NCBI RefSeq assembly: GCF_006345805.1
Contig: NC_042998.1
Location: 61,380,001 to 61,444,000, forward strand
Direction: 5' to 3'
Length of the DNA: 64,000 bases
Source of the DNA: Octopus sinensis
Taxonomy: Eukaryota
Of the stretch, positions 1-11,412 are shown one piece after another (within the stretch, counting starts at the first letter, position 1; each line of letters begins with the position of its first letter). Under the pieces are notes generated by a model. It saw only the letters and a program-made list of their open reading frames with translations. It was not told the DNA's origin and did no database searches. Made by a program: the position numbers and the translations under genes.

Positions 1-172
1 CAATCCTCATCAGAGTGACAACTTTTCGAAATTGTCTGTTCATTCATGGTTTTTCCTGTAGACATCAAACCCACATTGATCTTACCAGCCTGTGAGAACC
101 CGACAAAGTGATGGATGCTGTCTCTCAGTATTTAAACAGTTTTTAAAAGAAAATAGAAATTGAAATGCTTAC

Positions 173-269
173 TTGATATAACCATAAAAGATTGCTGTAA
201 GAATGTGTAAGACTAATGATATTCCACAGCTAATGTGAGACAAACAAATAAGTGTTGCTCGGGGGCATC
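173..269 (-). CDS. Adhesion GPCR exon M: transmembrane helix 1
   Basis: gtttcAG / GTaagc, 97 nt, phase 1-2; (G)CPRATLICLSHISCGISLVLHILTAIFYGYI, resembling aGPCR TM1 (xGCGISxxxLxxT); the other two frames have stops. Confidence 0.85.
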
Positions 270-475
270 CTGAAACAGACACAAACGACAACATATTAAC
301 TCACCCTCCACTTCATTTCATCTGTGTCAATCAATATAAATCATAAGTGGATATAGCATTGATGTAGAAAACGAGGACTACAGTAAACTGCATTAGAAAC
401 AATGTATTATTGGGCTTTCTTCTATTATGTGTTACACAACTCTAATATGAATTTTCACTGCCTTCATAATGTATA

Positions 476-1333
476 TCAGGTTGAATAAAAAGTTGAACCA
501 TGAAGAATTTGTACCGGATTTTGGCAGAGTTTTGAATTTTTTGAAAAAATTTTCTTGCAATTGTCTGATAATAGAGACATAGACTTGCCCAAATGCATCA
601 ATAAATTAACATTGATATTTTTTTCAATGTTGTTACAATCATCTGAAATGGAACTGTCAAAGAGTGATATTCGAGCAATTTTGCTATTCAACTTCAAAAA
701 AGGACGTACAGCAGATGAAAAAATGTTCTTTGCAGTTGCTGGAGCAAAATGAAGCACCAGAAACCTTCTCTAAACCCAAGCTCTTCAAAAAGAAGGTAAT
801 GGTGATTGTTTGGTGGTGTACTGCTGGACTCATCCACTATAACTTCTTAAAACCCAGCAAAACCATTACTGCAGAAACATATTGCCACGAAATTGCCAAA
901 ATGAAAAACTGCAATTCCTTCATCACAGATTGGTCAACAGAAACAGGCCAATCATTCTTCATGACAATGCTTGACCTCATGTTTCACTGACAATTCTCCA
1001 GAAGTTGAGGGAACTTGGCTACAAAGTTCTTCCCCACCCAGCTTATTCCCCAGATTTTTCTCCTGCAGACTACCACTTTTTTAAGCACCTTGATGGTTTC
1101 CTGCGAGAGAAGGAGTTCAAAAATCAAACCAATGCCGAAAGTGCATTCAAAGAGTTCATTAGCTCCAGAACTCCAGATTTTTATGTTAGCAGAAGAAACA
1201 AACTTGTAACTCGTTGACAAAAATGTGTTGATTTCAATGGTACTTATTTTGATGAACAAAATTTCCTCATTCTTGAAATATATTGTGATGAGTTTTATGT
1301 TTTAAAACATTGCTTACTTTTTACTCAACCTGA
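476..1333 (+). mobile_element. Internally deleted mariner transposon
   Basis: TIRs TCAGGTTGAATAAAAAGT / ACTTTTTACTCAACCTGA flanked by TA; remnants KVMVIVWW, HDNA and LPHPAYSPDFSPADYHFF (YSPDL motif). Confidence 0.9.
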
Positions 1334-2060
1334 TATATAAGACATCTAAGTAGAGGCAGAATGTACCACCAATCCATAGATTTTTAGCTTAAATTCAATG
1401 AAGATATAACTTTGTACAGGTATTGGATACATGTCCTTTATTGACATGAAAGTCTCAGGCAGAGAAATCCAATGAATGGAGAGGAATCACGAAGAGGCCA
1501 AGGGTTTAACATCTGATCAACGATCATGTTTAATGTGCTATGGAGGTTTGTTATACCTTAAATATGACTCTGTTAGTTAGACAACACAATAAATTTCAAA
1601 ACCAGGAGAAATGATTCTGCCTCCCTCCAATTCATATCAATGCTGGAGGAATTCCTATGCATTTCATTGAAAACGGTAGTTTGATACCTCTAAAAGGTAC
1701 CATCCTGAATTCAAACTAATAACAGAAATAGCAACAAGAACAGTGCTGTCTTACCATTTATCAACCCTAATAAAATTAAAACTCTTGATATATTATCAAA
1801 AAAAAAAAAAAGCAAAATTCTCTTATCCCCCTATAATCAATTTTTAAATATTGTAATCTCATATATCTAAAAATCACAAATGCAACTCTCATTTCAATCA
1901 AAAATTTAAGGATAACAATACAATAATCCCTATTAATATTTCTATAATACCAACCAACACAAAGTCCAGTAGGTGTGTTAGTATATACAACTCTTTAAAA
2001 TCATTGATACATAAATGTAACTGCTGAATTACTGGTAATTATGACTTGTCATATTGTTAC

Positions 2061-2202
2061 CAACCAGTAGAGTAAAACTTGTAAGGTGGTTACAGGAACA
2101 AACTACTTTCTCTCCAGGCACATAGGTGGATGTTTTACAGCCATTTGTTGACCAACGGGGTTTCTGATCAGAGGATTCATCCCAATAAGCACACTGTTGG
2201 TT
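2061..2202 (-). CDS. Adhesion GPCR exon L: GPS motif and tethered agonist (Stachel)
   Basis: tttttcAG / GTaaca, 142 nt, phase 0-1; NQQCAYWDESSDQKPRWSTNGCKTSTYVPGEKVVCSCNHLTSFTLLV-G, canonical GPS with HL|T autoproteolysis site. Confidence 0.95.
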
Positions 2203-2414
2203 CTGAAAAAATAGAAAAATTAAAATTTTGATAATTTATTTAATCAACTTGCTTTGTAATTAGAATACATGTTTATTATTATGTCTACCTATTTGACATA
2301 GAAAACATCAGAACAGACCATTGTCATTTGTATTTGGTTATTATTAACATTGTAATTCCCATATCACAGGCTGGGACAGTTTAGCGGACCATTCCATCTC
2401 ATTTATAGATTTAC

Positions 2415-2780
2415 TCTTTTACTTGTTTCAGTCATTTGACTGTGGCCATGCTGGAGCACCACCTTTAGTCGAGCAAATCGACCCTAGGACGTATTTTTTG
2501 TAAGCCTAGTACTTATTCTATTGGTCTCTTTTGCCGAACCGCTAAGTTATGAGAACGTAAACACAACAGCATTGGTTGTCAAGCGATGTTGGGGGGGGGG
2601 GGACAAACTCACACACATACGACAAGCTTCTTTCAGTTTCCATCTACCAAATCCACTCACAGGGCTTTGGTTGGCCTAAGGCTATAGTAGAAGACACTTG
2701 CCCAAGGTGCCATGCAGTGGGACTGAACCCAGAACCATATGGTTGGTAAGCAAGTTACTTACCACACAGCCACTCCTATG
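2415..2780 (-). mobile_element. tRNA-derived CORE-like SINE (major family in this window)
   Basis: Reverse-complement head GGCTGTGTGGTAAG...GGTTCAGTCCCACTG followed by CCTTGGGCAAGTGTCTTCT; many further copies, e.g. 24290, 28920, 29880, 30310, 31225, 33480, 48620, 51015, 58190. Confidence 0.85.
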
Positions 2781-2939
2781 CCTATGTATATTCTTATAAT
2801 TTACACTGCATCCTATATTCTTATACTTGTTTCAAATCTACTCAGGGCTTTGTTCCACCCAAGGCTATAGTAGAAGACACTTGCCCAAGGTGCCATGCAG
2901 TTGGACTGAACCCACTCCCATACCTATATATATATTTCG

Positions 2940-3235
2940 AGACAAAGTTTCTGAAAATGTTAAGATTAAGAAAGAAAACTTCTTACAGAGTAGAATGGTG
3001 TGAATCTTTAGGAAGGAATTTCACAAATTGTGTGTAGGCTTTAATAAATGTATAAATGCTTTCAGTTTTCAATGTCATCCAGCACATGTTATGGCTGTTG
3101 TATGAAAGTGCTTGCACATTTATTAGAGCCTACACACAATTTCTTAAATTTCTTCCTAAAGGTTAGTACCATTCTACTCTCTAAGAAGTTCTTTTCTTAA
3201 TCATAATTTTTTGAAAAATTCTTTTTCTAAATATT
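2940..3235. repeat. Degenerate long inverted repeat
   Basis: Arms such as aacttcttacagagtagaatggt...attgtgtgtaggct vs agcctacacacaat...accattctactctctaagaagtt. Confidence 0.75.
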
Positions 3236-3301
3236 ATAGCTGTAACAAGAAATTTCCTAAATTATATATATATGTATGTATATATATATATATATATATA
3301 T

Positions 3302-3632
3302 ACAATTGCAGCATGGAAGGTGTTTATAAGCCATTTAAGAAACACACAAAAGCCGTTCGATTCACTTCAACATTTAAGTTTAATTTGTCAAAATATTTTC
3401 GTCGCTAAAATCCGCGACGTGTTCACTGACAAAAACCCGTGCTGCATCCTTTGTCAGTGAACACGTCGCGGATTTTAGCGACGAAAAATATTTTTTTGAC
3501 AAATTACTTAAAGTGAATGAACGGCTTTTGAGTGTTTCTTAAATGGCTTATAAACACCTTCCACACTGCAATTGTTTTCGTTTCAGCACACGATCTCAGA
3601 TCAAATTACTTGCTATGCGAGTACAACTCCGT
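3302..3632. mobile_element. Palindromic Penelope pLTR-like element in (TA)n
   Basis: Near-perfect inverted arms 3302-3433 / 3450-3575 plus short unique tail, between (TA)n runs; each arm carries a hammerhead-like motif. Confidence 0.7.
3384..3433 (-). ncRNA. Hammerhead-ribozyme-like motif with G3:C8 core swap
   Basis: Minus strand UUUGUCA-GUGAACA-C-GUCGC-GGAUUUUA-GCGAC-GAAA-AUAU-UU-UGACAAA: 7-bp stem I, 5-bp stem II, palindromic minimal stem III. Confidence 0.65.
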
Positions 3633-3640
3633 AATATATA

Positions 3641-4051
3641 TCTTTATATATAAAAGTGAGGTTGTGTGCTGTCTGTCTCCTACGATTTAGATTCCTAACT
3701 ACTCCCACATTTTGCGGTGCAGTTTAACCAAAACCGGTATCTTATAGTCGTGATTCATATCAAGCCCTTCTGGGTATTAGCGCGTGTCTACGATGAGTCT
3801 ACGATGAGTCTACGATTAAAAAAAAAAATTACCATAATTTTTTCCATTTTAATGCATTTTTTTCGCTATTATATAAGGGAAGTAACTCTCTAAAAATGTC
3901 TACGATGAGTCAACGATTTTTTAAAAAAATTAGCATCATTTTTTTCCATTTTTTATGCATTTTTTTGCTATTTTTTGGCTATAACTCTCTAAAAATGCTT
4001 ATATAGTTATTTCCCTTACAAACCCGAGCAACGCCGGGTGATACTGTTAGT
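3641..4051 (+). mobile_element. Non-autonomous Helitron-like element
   Basis: 5' TCTTTATATATAAAAG..TGTCTGTC; 3' hairpin CCCGAGCAACGCCGGG followed by ..TTAG-T. Confidence 0.7.
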
Positions 4052-4130
4052 ATATATATATATATATATATATACACATACATACATACATACATACATA
4101 CATATGTACACTGCTATTATTCCCTAAGGG

Positions 4131-4169
4131 CTAATACAGCTTATTTTGGAAAATCGCCTCATCAGTTGA
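4131..4169 (-). ncRNA. Degenerate hammerhead motif
   Basis: CAA-CUGAUGA-GG..CC-AAAA(G12A)-UAAGCUG-UA-UUAG. Confidence 0.4.
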
Positions 4170-4281
4170 GGATTCTGCCTACTACATCGATTATTCTATG
4201 AAAAACATACCTATATCATCATAGGAACTATACTCTTAGAAACTTTTCGAGAAAATTACAGAGAATTTTTTCAGATGGATG

Positions 4282-4342
4282 GATAACTGAAGAGATGGGG
4301 GCATGGATTTCCACCGCGACATCCGAAACTCAGAGCTTTATC
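4282..4342 (+). ncRNA. Degenerate hammerhead motif
   Basis: GAUAA-CUGAAGA-GAUG..CAUC-C-GAAA-CUCAGAG-CU-UUAUC; 5-bp stem I, U16.1 replaced by C. Confidence 0.5.
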
Positions 4343-4394
4343 ATGGCTACCGAATAATTGTCACATATTACATTTACAGATATACATATATATA

Positions 4395-5272
4395 TCATCA
4401 TCATCATCATCAGCATCGTTTAGTGTCCGCTTTCCATGCTGGCATGGGTTGGATGGTGCAACTGGCGTCTGGGAAGCCAGAAGGCTGCACCAGGCCCAGT
4501 CTGATCTGGCAATGTTTCTACGGCTGGATGCCCTTCCTAATGCCAACCACTCCATGAGTGTAGTGGGTGCTTTTTACGTGCCAGACGAGGCTGGCAAACG
4601 GCCACGATCGGATGGTGCTTTTTATGTGCCATCGACACGGAGGCCAGGCGAGGCTGGCAAACAGCCACGATCGGATGGTGCTCTTTACGTGCCACCGGCA
4701 CGGAGGCTAGGCGAGGCTGGCAAATGGCCACGATCGGATGATGCTTTTTATGTGCCACCGGCACAGAAGCCAGTCGGGGTGGAGCTGGCAACAGCCACGT
4801 TCGGATGGTTCTCTTATGTGCCACCGGCACTGGTATCACAGCTACAATTTCCATTCATGTTGATCGATTTTGATTTTTGATTTTGATTTTGATTTCACTT
4901 GCTCAACAGGTCTTCAAAAGTAGAGTTTTGTGTCCCAAGAAGGAAAGGTATGCATAAGGGACTGAGGCCATGGGTTATGGTCTCACTTGTCCTGCTGGGT
5001 CTTCTCACGCACAGATACTTCCAAAGGTCTCGGATCTCTAGTCATTTCCTCGGTGAGACCAAAAGTTCGAGGTCGTGCTTCACCACTCATCCCAGGTTTT
5101 CCTGGGTCTGCTCTTCCACAGGTCCCTCACCGCTGGGTGTGGCACTTTTCACACAACTATCTTCATCCATTCTCGCCCACATGGCCATACCAGCGCAAAA
5201 CATCTCTCTGCACACCACAACTGATGCTTCTTAGGTCCAACTTCTCTCTCAAGGTACTTACACTATGTCTAG

Positions 5273-5273
<1 letters not shown>
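4395..5273 (-). mobile_element. RTE-clade LINE 3' fragment with tandem-repeat 3' UTR and (ATG)n tail
   Basis: Homologous by eye to the 3' end of the 52.8-57.2 kb RTE; ends ..GCGGACACTAAACGATG..(ATG)n. Confidence 0.85.
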
Positions 5274-5311
<38 letters not shown>

Positions 5312-5313
<2 letters not shown>

Positions 5314-6339
5314 GGGGGAGAAACTAGAAGTAGTTGATAGTTTCCGCTACCTAGGTGACCAAGTTAGTAGTCGAGGTGGATGCTCAGAGAGTGTCACCAC
5401 TAAAATACGAACAGCCTAGGCAAAGTTTAGAAAGCTTCTACCCCTACTGGTGACAAAGGGTCTCTTACTCAGAGAGAAAGGTAGATTGTACGACACATGT
5501 GTGTGAACTGCCATGCTTCATGGTAGGGAAACATGCGTAGGCTTGAAAGAAATGAAGCTAGCATGATCCGCTGGATGTGTAATGTCAGTGTGCACACACG
5601 ACAGAGTGTAAGTGCCCTCACAGAAATGCTTGACATAAGAAGCATCGGATGTGGCGTGCAAAAGAGATGTTTGCACTGGTATGGTCATGAACTATGGATG
5701 GATGAGGAGAGATGTGTGAAGAAGTGCCATCCCAAACAGTTGAAGGAATCCGGGGTAGAGGTAGACCCAGAAAAACATGAGATGAAGTGGTCAAGCATGA
5801 CCTTTGAACCTTGGGCCTCACAGGGGCAATGACAAAAGACTGAGATCTCTGGAGATATGCTGTAACTGTGAAGACTCAACAAATAACATGAGTACATGGC
5901 TGTTTCCTGCACCAGTTTCACATAGCAGCCCCAGCCCATCCAAAGTATCTTGGATCGTAGAACAGCTTGCTGTGCTTACTTTGGATCATAAGGCAACCTG
6001 CTGTGCTTGAGGAGACCTACTGAGTCAAATACATCATCAAAATATATATCAAATGGAAATTCTAGTTGTGATACCTGTGCCAGAGGCACGTAAAAAGCAC
6101 CAACCAATTGTGGCCACTGCCAGCCTTCCCTGGCACCTGTGCCAGTGGCACGTAAAAAGCACTCACTACACTCATGGAGTGGTTGGCATTCAGAAAGGGT
6201 ATCCAGCCTGTTAGAAACCCTGCCAGATAGACTGGAGCCTGGTGAGCCTCCTGGCTTCCCAGACCCTGGTCAAACCGGGCATCCCAGGCTAAACATAGAA
6301 AAACAGACGTTAAACGATGATTTGATGATGATGATGATG
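5312..6339 (+). mobile_element. RTE-clade LINE 3' fragment
   Basis: MRRLERNEASMIRWMCNVSV is identical to the segment in ORF 54455-55813; same 3' tail ending CGTTAAACGATGATTTGATGATG. Confidence 0.9.
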
Positions 6340-6355
6340 CATGTATGTATGTATG

Positions 6356-6396
<41 letters not shown>

Positions 6397-6432
6397 ATAT
6401 ATCTATTCTATCTATCTATCTATATCTATCTA

Positions 6433-6473
<41 letters not shown>

Positions 6474-6590
6474 ATATATATATTCCTGGTTTTAAGGGTA
6501 TTGTGAAAGGCCTGATTGGAGGCCCAACTTTCCAAATTCTTAGAAAAAGCTGAAGTACTGCTGCAATAAGTGTGTGAATCTGGGAGGGGA

Positions 6591-8050
6591 ATATATAGAA
6601 TAAGATCGTAATTAACCAATCCTCCTTTTACCCAAAGCCAGGAACTTTTCAGCAAACTCTCATATATATGGAAATGTGGAGTATATCCCTCAACGAAGTG
6701 AAGATGATGTTTCTGGAACTCTAGATTCGTGCATTGTACCTTGTTTAACAGAGACTACCTATGTATATCAGGGATCAGAGCACAGATGATACTGAAAGCT
6801 AAACTCAACTACATTCACAGCAAAATTTCTTTTTTCTACTCTAGGCAAAAGGCCCAAAATTTTGGGGGAGGGGGCCAGTCAATTAGATCGACCCCAATAT
6901 GCAACTAGTACTTAATTTATCGACCCTGAAAAGCAAAGTCGACCATGGCAGAAATTGAATACTACTAAGGAATGCTAACGGACAGCCTTAATCAATACAT
7001 ATTCTTTTTACTAAGCATTTGTGGAGGGGGCCAGTTGTAGCTAACGTTTACTCGACCCAGTTTGCTGCCTTTCATCATAACCCATATTTTTTTGCTAACT
7101 TCTGCCAGGCCACAGGCCTGAATTGTGCTGGCGGGTGGCCAGTGATTGCTTACAGTCTTCTGGGACCAGGACGGAGTAGTGATGACAGATTCCTGGCAAA
7201 GGGTACCACAATTGCAGGAGCCTATTATGCTTCACTTTTGAGGAAATTAAGAGAAGTTATCAAAATCAAGAGGCGGGGCAAGATCAGCAAAGTTATCCTC
7301 CTCCTGCAGGACAACGCTCCGTTCACAACTCGCTTGTCGCCAGATCAGAAGCACAGGCGTATGGCTATGAACTCCTCCCCCATCCCCCTACTTTCCTGAC
7401 CTTGCACCCTCTGATTTTCACCTCTTCCCAGTCATGAAGTTGTTTTTTGAAAGGAAGAGCGTTTCCCAGATGATGCAGCCTTGATTTCTGAAATCACGTT
7501 GAGGTTGGAGGACCAAGCTGGGGTCTTCTACAAAAACGGTCTCCAGAGCTGCATCAAGCAATGGAAGAAATGCGTAACTCTGGGTGGTTCCTATGTAGAA
7601 AAAGACTAATAACTGTGCCAAGTTTCGTTGCTCTACTGCTATGGGAAGTGGGTCAGAGGCATTACTTATTGAACGCCCCTCGTATATAGAATAAGATCGT
7701 AATTAACCAATCCTCCTTTTACCCAAAGCCAGGAACTTTTCAGCAAACTCTCGTATATATGGAAATGTGAAGTATATCCCTCAAAGAAGTGAAGATGATA
7801 TTTCTGGAACTCTAGATTCGTGCATTGTACCTTGTTTAACAGAGACTACCTATGTATATCAGGGATCAGAGCACAGATGATACTGAAAGCAAAACTTAAC
7901 TACATTCACAGCAAAATTTCTTTTTTCTACTCTAGGCAAAAGGCCCAAAATTTTGGGGGAGGGGGCCAGTCAATTAGATCGACCCCAATATGCAACTAGT
8001 ACTTAATTTATCGACCCTGAAAAGCAAAGTCGACCATGGCAGAAATTGAA
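6591..8050 (+). repeat. Direct duplication of about 370 bp (6591-6959 and 7684-8050)
   Basis: Near-identical blocks beginning TATAGAATAAGATCGTAATTAACC and ending GACCATGGCAGAAATTGAA. Confidence 0.9.
7110..7682 (+). mobile_element. Mariner transposase 3' fragment
   Basis: TIAGAYYASLLRKLREVIKIKRRG..LLLQDNAP, HPPYFPDLAPSDFHLF; right TIR ..TTATTGAACGCCCCTCG-TA. Confidence 0.85.
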
Positions 8051-8577
8051 CTCGGAATGTAAAGACAGACAAAATACTACTAAGCATTTTGCCCAGTGTG
8101 CTAACGTTTCTGCCAGTTTGCTGCCTTAATCACAACAAATATTCTTTTTTACTTTAGGCACAAGGCCCGAAATTTGTGTGGAGGGGGCCAGTTGATTAGA
8201 TCAACCCCAGTATGCAACTGGTACTTAATTTATCGACCCTGAAAGGATGAAAAGCAAAGTCGACCTCAGCGGAATTTGAACTCAGAACGTAAAGACAGAC
8301 GAAATACCACTAAGCATTTTGCCCGGCATGCTAACATTTCTGCCAGCTCACTGCCTTAATCACTGCAAATATACCACTAAGCATTTTGCCCGGCATGCTA
8401 ACATTTCTGCCAGCTCACTGCCTTAATCACTGCAAATATTAATGCATTTATGCTTCTGCTGCTGCCGTGGTCTGTATTTTCTTCAGGAGGAATCAGAGAG
8501 AGCCTTCAAATAAAACATTGACAACATTTACAACAACACAAACAACAGCTATTATAAATATAATACTTAGCTGTTAC

Positions 8578-8706
8578 CTGATATACTGAATTGAATGATA
8601 CGGTTACTGGTTCATTGAGGTTAGTTATCTGAATGTTAGGAATATTTGCAGAAATAATATGACTGGTACTTTTGTTATATTCTTTGGTAGAAGATGTTTG
8701 TATCAC
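8578..8706 (-). CDS. Adhesion GPCR exon K: GAIN subdomain B
   Basis: ctttacAG / GTaaca, 129 nt, phase 0-0; VIQTSSTKEYNKSTSHIISANIPNIQITNLNEPVTVSFNSVYQ (S.IISA...NL.EPV.xxF motif). Confidence 0.92.
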
Positions 8707-8849
8707 CTGTAAAGAGAAGTCATCAAATAAACTAATTTATCCAATAGAAGAGTTCAATGCATTTTTAAAGTATGAAACATCTGTGTTGTTGTAAACTGCT
8801 GTTCAAAGCTATAAAGCCAGAACACAGTCCTTTTTTCTTTTCTGGCAAA

Positions 8850-10130
8850 ATACACAACACAAATTCATGAAATTCCCCTCTAAATAGGAAATGGACTAGA
8901 AGAAGCCATTGCAGTCTTTAAATTTATTGAAATCCAAAAGCAAATAAGATAATAATTAAAAAAAACATACAAAGTCAGAAACCCTGTGTACAAAACTATA
9001 ATGCCAGGTTGAATAATGTTGCAAAAATGATGCAAAATGGGGAAATTATGATATATTTCAATGATATTCTCATGCAATACAGCAACAATAGTGTGTCTGA
9101 CCGTCACCTTTCTAAATTACTTCAAAAACATGTGATTTCAGGCTCTCAATCATCTTCTGCTGCAGACCAGTAAAAGATCTTTCCAGGCCTTCTTTATTGT
9201 CATTTTGAGTTCACCAACAGATGAATACTGTTTGCCTTCACTGTACACAACGTTCATGAGATAACCCCAGGCATTCTCTAGGGGATTAAGGTCAGGACTT
9301 CTTGCTGACCATGTCATGACTTCAACCCCGATTGCATGAAGGAAGTCTAGAGATGCCTTCGTTTTATGAATAGGAGCGTTGTCCTCTTGAAATATGAAGT
9401 TTTCTCCACACAGCTTTCTTCCTTCTTTGTCGATGTCAGCTCCGTCCAACATATCGATGTATCACACAGCATTGAAATGGCCATCCTTGATGACAAGTGG
9501 CAGCTTCCCAGTGGCAGCTATTGCTCCCCATACCATAAGATCTCCTCCAATACATTTACCTGCCCAGTAATATTTATAACCGTCATCGCTGTCCAAATTC
9601 CATTTTTTCTCACCAGAGAACAGAACCCTGGTCCATTTACCATCTCACTGATGCGGCCTAGCAAACTTCAGTGTAACAGCTTTGTGGGAAGGGGACAATA
9701 ACGGATGTCCTAACCACTTATACGGGTGGAAACCAGGGTTCAAAATCACTCTTCATATGGTGGATATCAAGGCTGATGTTTTGATTTTGAAAACAGAAGA
9801 GCAGCATGACTTCTTCACAACTCTGACAATAACCCTTTCATCCTTTTCCGATATAGCCTTGGGAGGTCCACCAGCATGAGCCTTGTAGTAGCTATCAGGA
9901 TCTTCAGAAAATTGTCCACTAGTGTTCTGCTTTGCTGAATCTTCTCGGCAATCTTCCGGTTACTCATTCCTTTCACTTTCAGAGCAAGGATCTTCTCTTG
10001 TTTAATTTCACAAAGCTTTGTAGCTTTAGGCATACTGGAAATGTCATCTGGATCATGGGGAATATGATTGAGTTGAATATTTTCCAAAAGAATCTGGAAT
10101 GGTAGCTTTATAGTTTTGAAGAGTTGATAT
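8850..10130 (-). mobile_element. Degenerate Tc1-type transposon
   Basis: HTH GMSNRKIAEKI (ORF 9815-10246); FIFQEDNAPIH and WSARSPDLNPLENAW (ORF 9150-9452); boundaries approximate. Confidence 0.85.
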
Positions 10131-10994
10131 GCTAGGGATAAAACATCATGGTCATATAAGTGGTGTTCTTTGTTTCCAGTTTTGCATGAGGACATGTCTA
10201 GCCACAAGGAAAGACTACCTTGTTTGAAACAAGAGAGGGTTATCAACTGGAAATCAGGCTCAAGGAATCCTGCCTAGCCTTCACAAGCATGGAAAAATGA
10301 ATCTTAAAACAATGTTGACATTATATGTTTTTATGTGTGTGTGTGTGTATGCCTGTGTGTGCCTGTACCTGTGTGAGTGTGAGAGAGGGAGAGGAAGAAA
10401 GAAAGAAAGAGAGTGTGGGGGAAAGTGAGTGTGTTTGTGTATGTGTGTCTCAAAGAAATTTTTCTTAAGGGACTTGATGTGTTATAACGTAGGGTCCTAA
10501 TGACAAAATATTATAACTTGACCTATTCTGCATTTGCATTTAATTCATAAATGTTAAAAATATAATTATTTTACTCTACAGCTGTATCAAGTGTATGTAT
10601 TGATTGAATTTAAACCCAGCCAACTCCTGAATAAATCAGTGAATGTTTTGTTTGTTGATATATTTATATTGGAACAAAGATCCTGAATAAACTAAGGATG
10701 TCTGGAGTATTTGTTGCTGTGGGGTCCAAAACAGACCAAAATTCAGATATCAATTGATTTGTTGATGTCACTTCTGAGTGAGATGTGTTTCTAACACACC
10801 AAGTCCCTTAGAAGAGGGACAAGTGCTGTTCTGAGTTTGTATATGCATTATTAATGGTACACGTACACACACATACACATACAAACACACACACATATAC
10901 ACCTTTCATCATTTTATCATTTGTCTTTTGCTTGTTTCAGTCATTAGTCCACAGCCAGGCACAGCACAACCTTGAAGAATTTTTGGTCAACGGC

Positions 10995-11412
10995 TAAGGG
11001 GCTGAGTTCCCTTTGAGTGTTGGGCCTCATGGAGACAAAGTGGCTGAGTTCCCTTTGAGTGTTGGGCCTCATGGAGACAAAGTGGCTGAGTTCCCTTTGC
11101 ATGTTGGGCCTCATGGAGACAAAGTGGCTGAGTTTCTTTCAGGCATAGGGCCTCATTGAGACAAAGTTACTGAGTTCCCTTTGAGTGTTGGGCCTCATGG
11201 AGACAAAGTGGATGAGTTCCCTTTGAGTGTTGGACCTCATGGAGACAAAGTGGCCGAGTTCCTTTCAAGCATTGGGCCTCATGGAGACAAAGTGGCTGAG
11301 TTCACTTTGAGTGTTGGGCCTCATGGACACAAAGTGGTTGAGTTCCCTTTGAGTGTTGGACCTCATGGAGACAAAGTGGCTGAGTTCCTTTCAAGCATTG
11401 GGCCTCATGGAG
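10995..11412 (+). repeat. 42-bp minisatellite, about 10 copies, at the start of an RTE 3' fragment (to about 11720)
   Basis: Unit GTGGCTGAGTTCCCTTTGAGTGTTGGGCCTCATGGAGACAAA; runs into GGCAATGACCAAGACC of the RTE 3' end. Confidence 0.9.

Noticed and set aside
1-55. AG acceptor-like site (gtctacAG) as the next exon (TM2) of the GPCR
   Set aside because: In the required phase it reads K-N-H-E-stop and shows no TM2 similarity; the remaining TM exons probably lie left of the window
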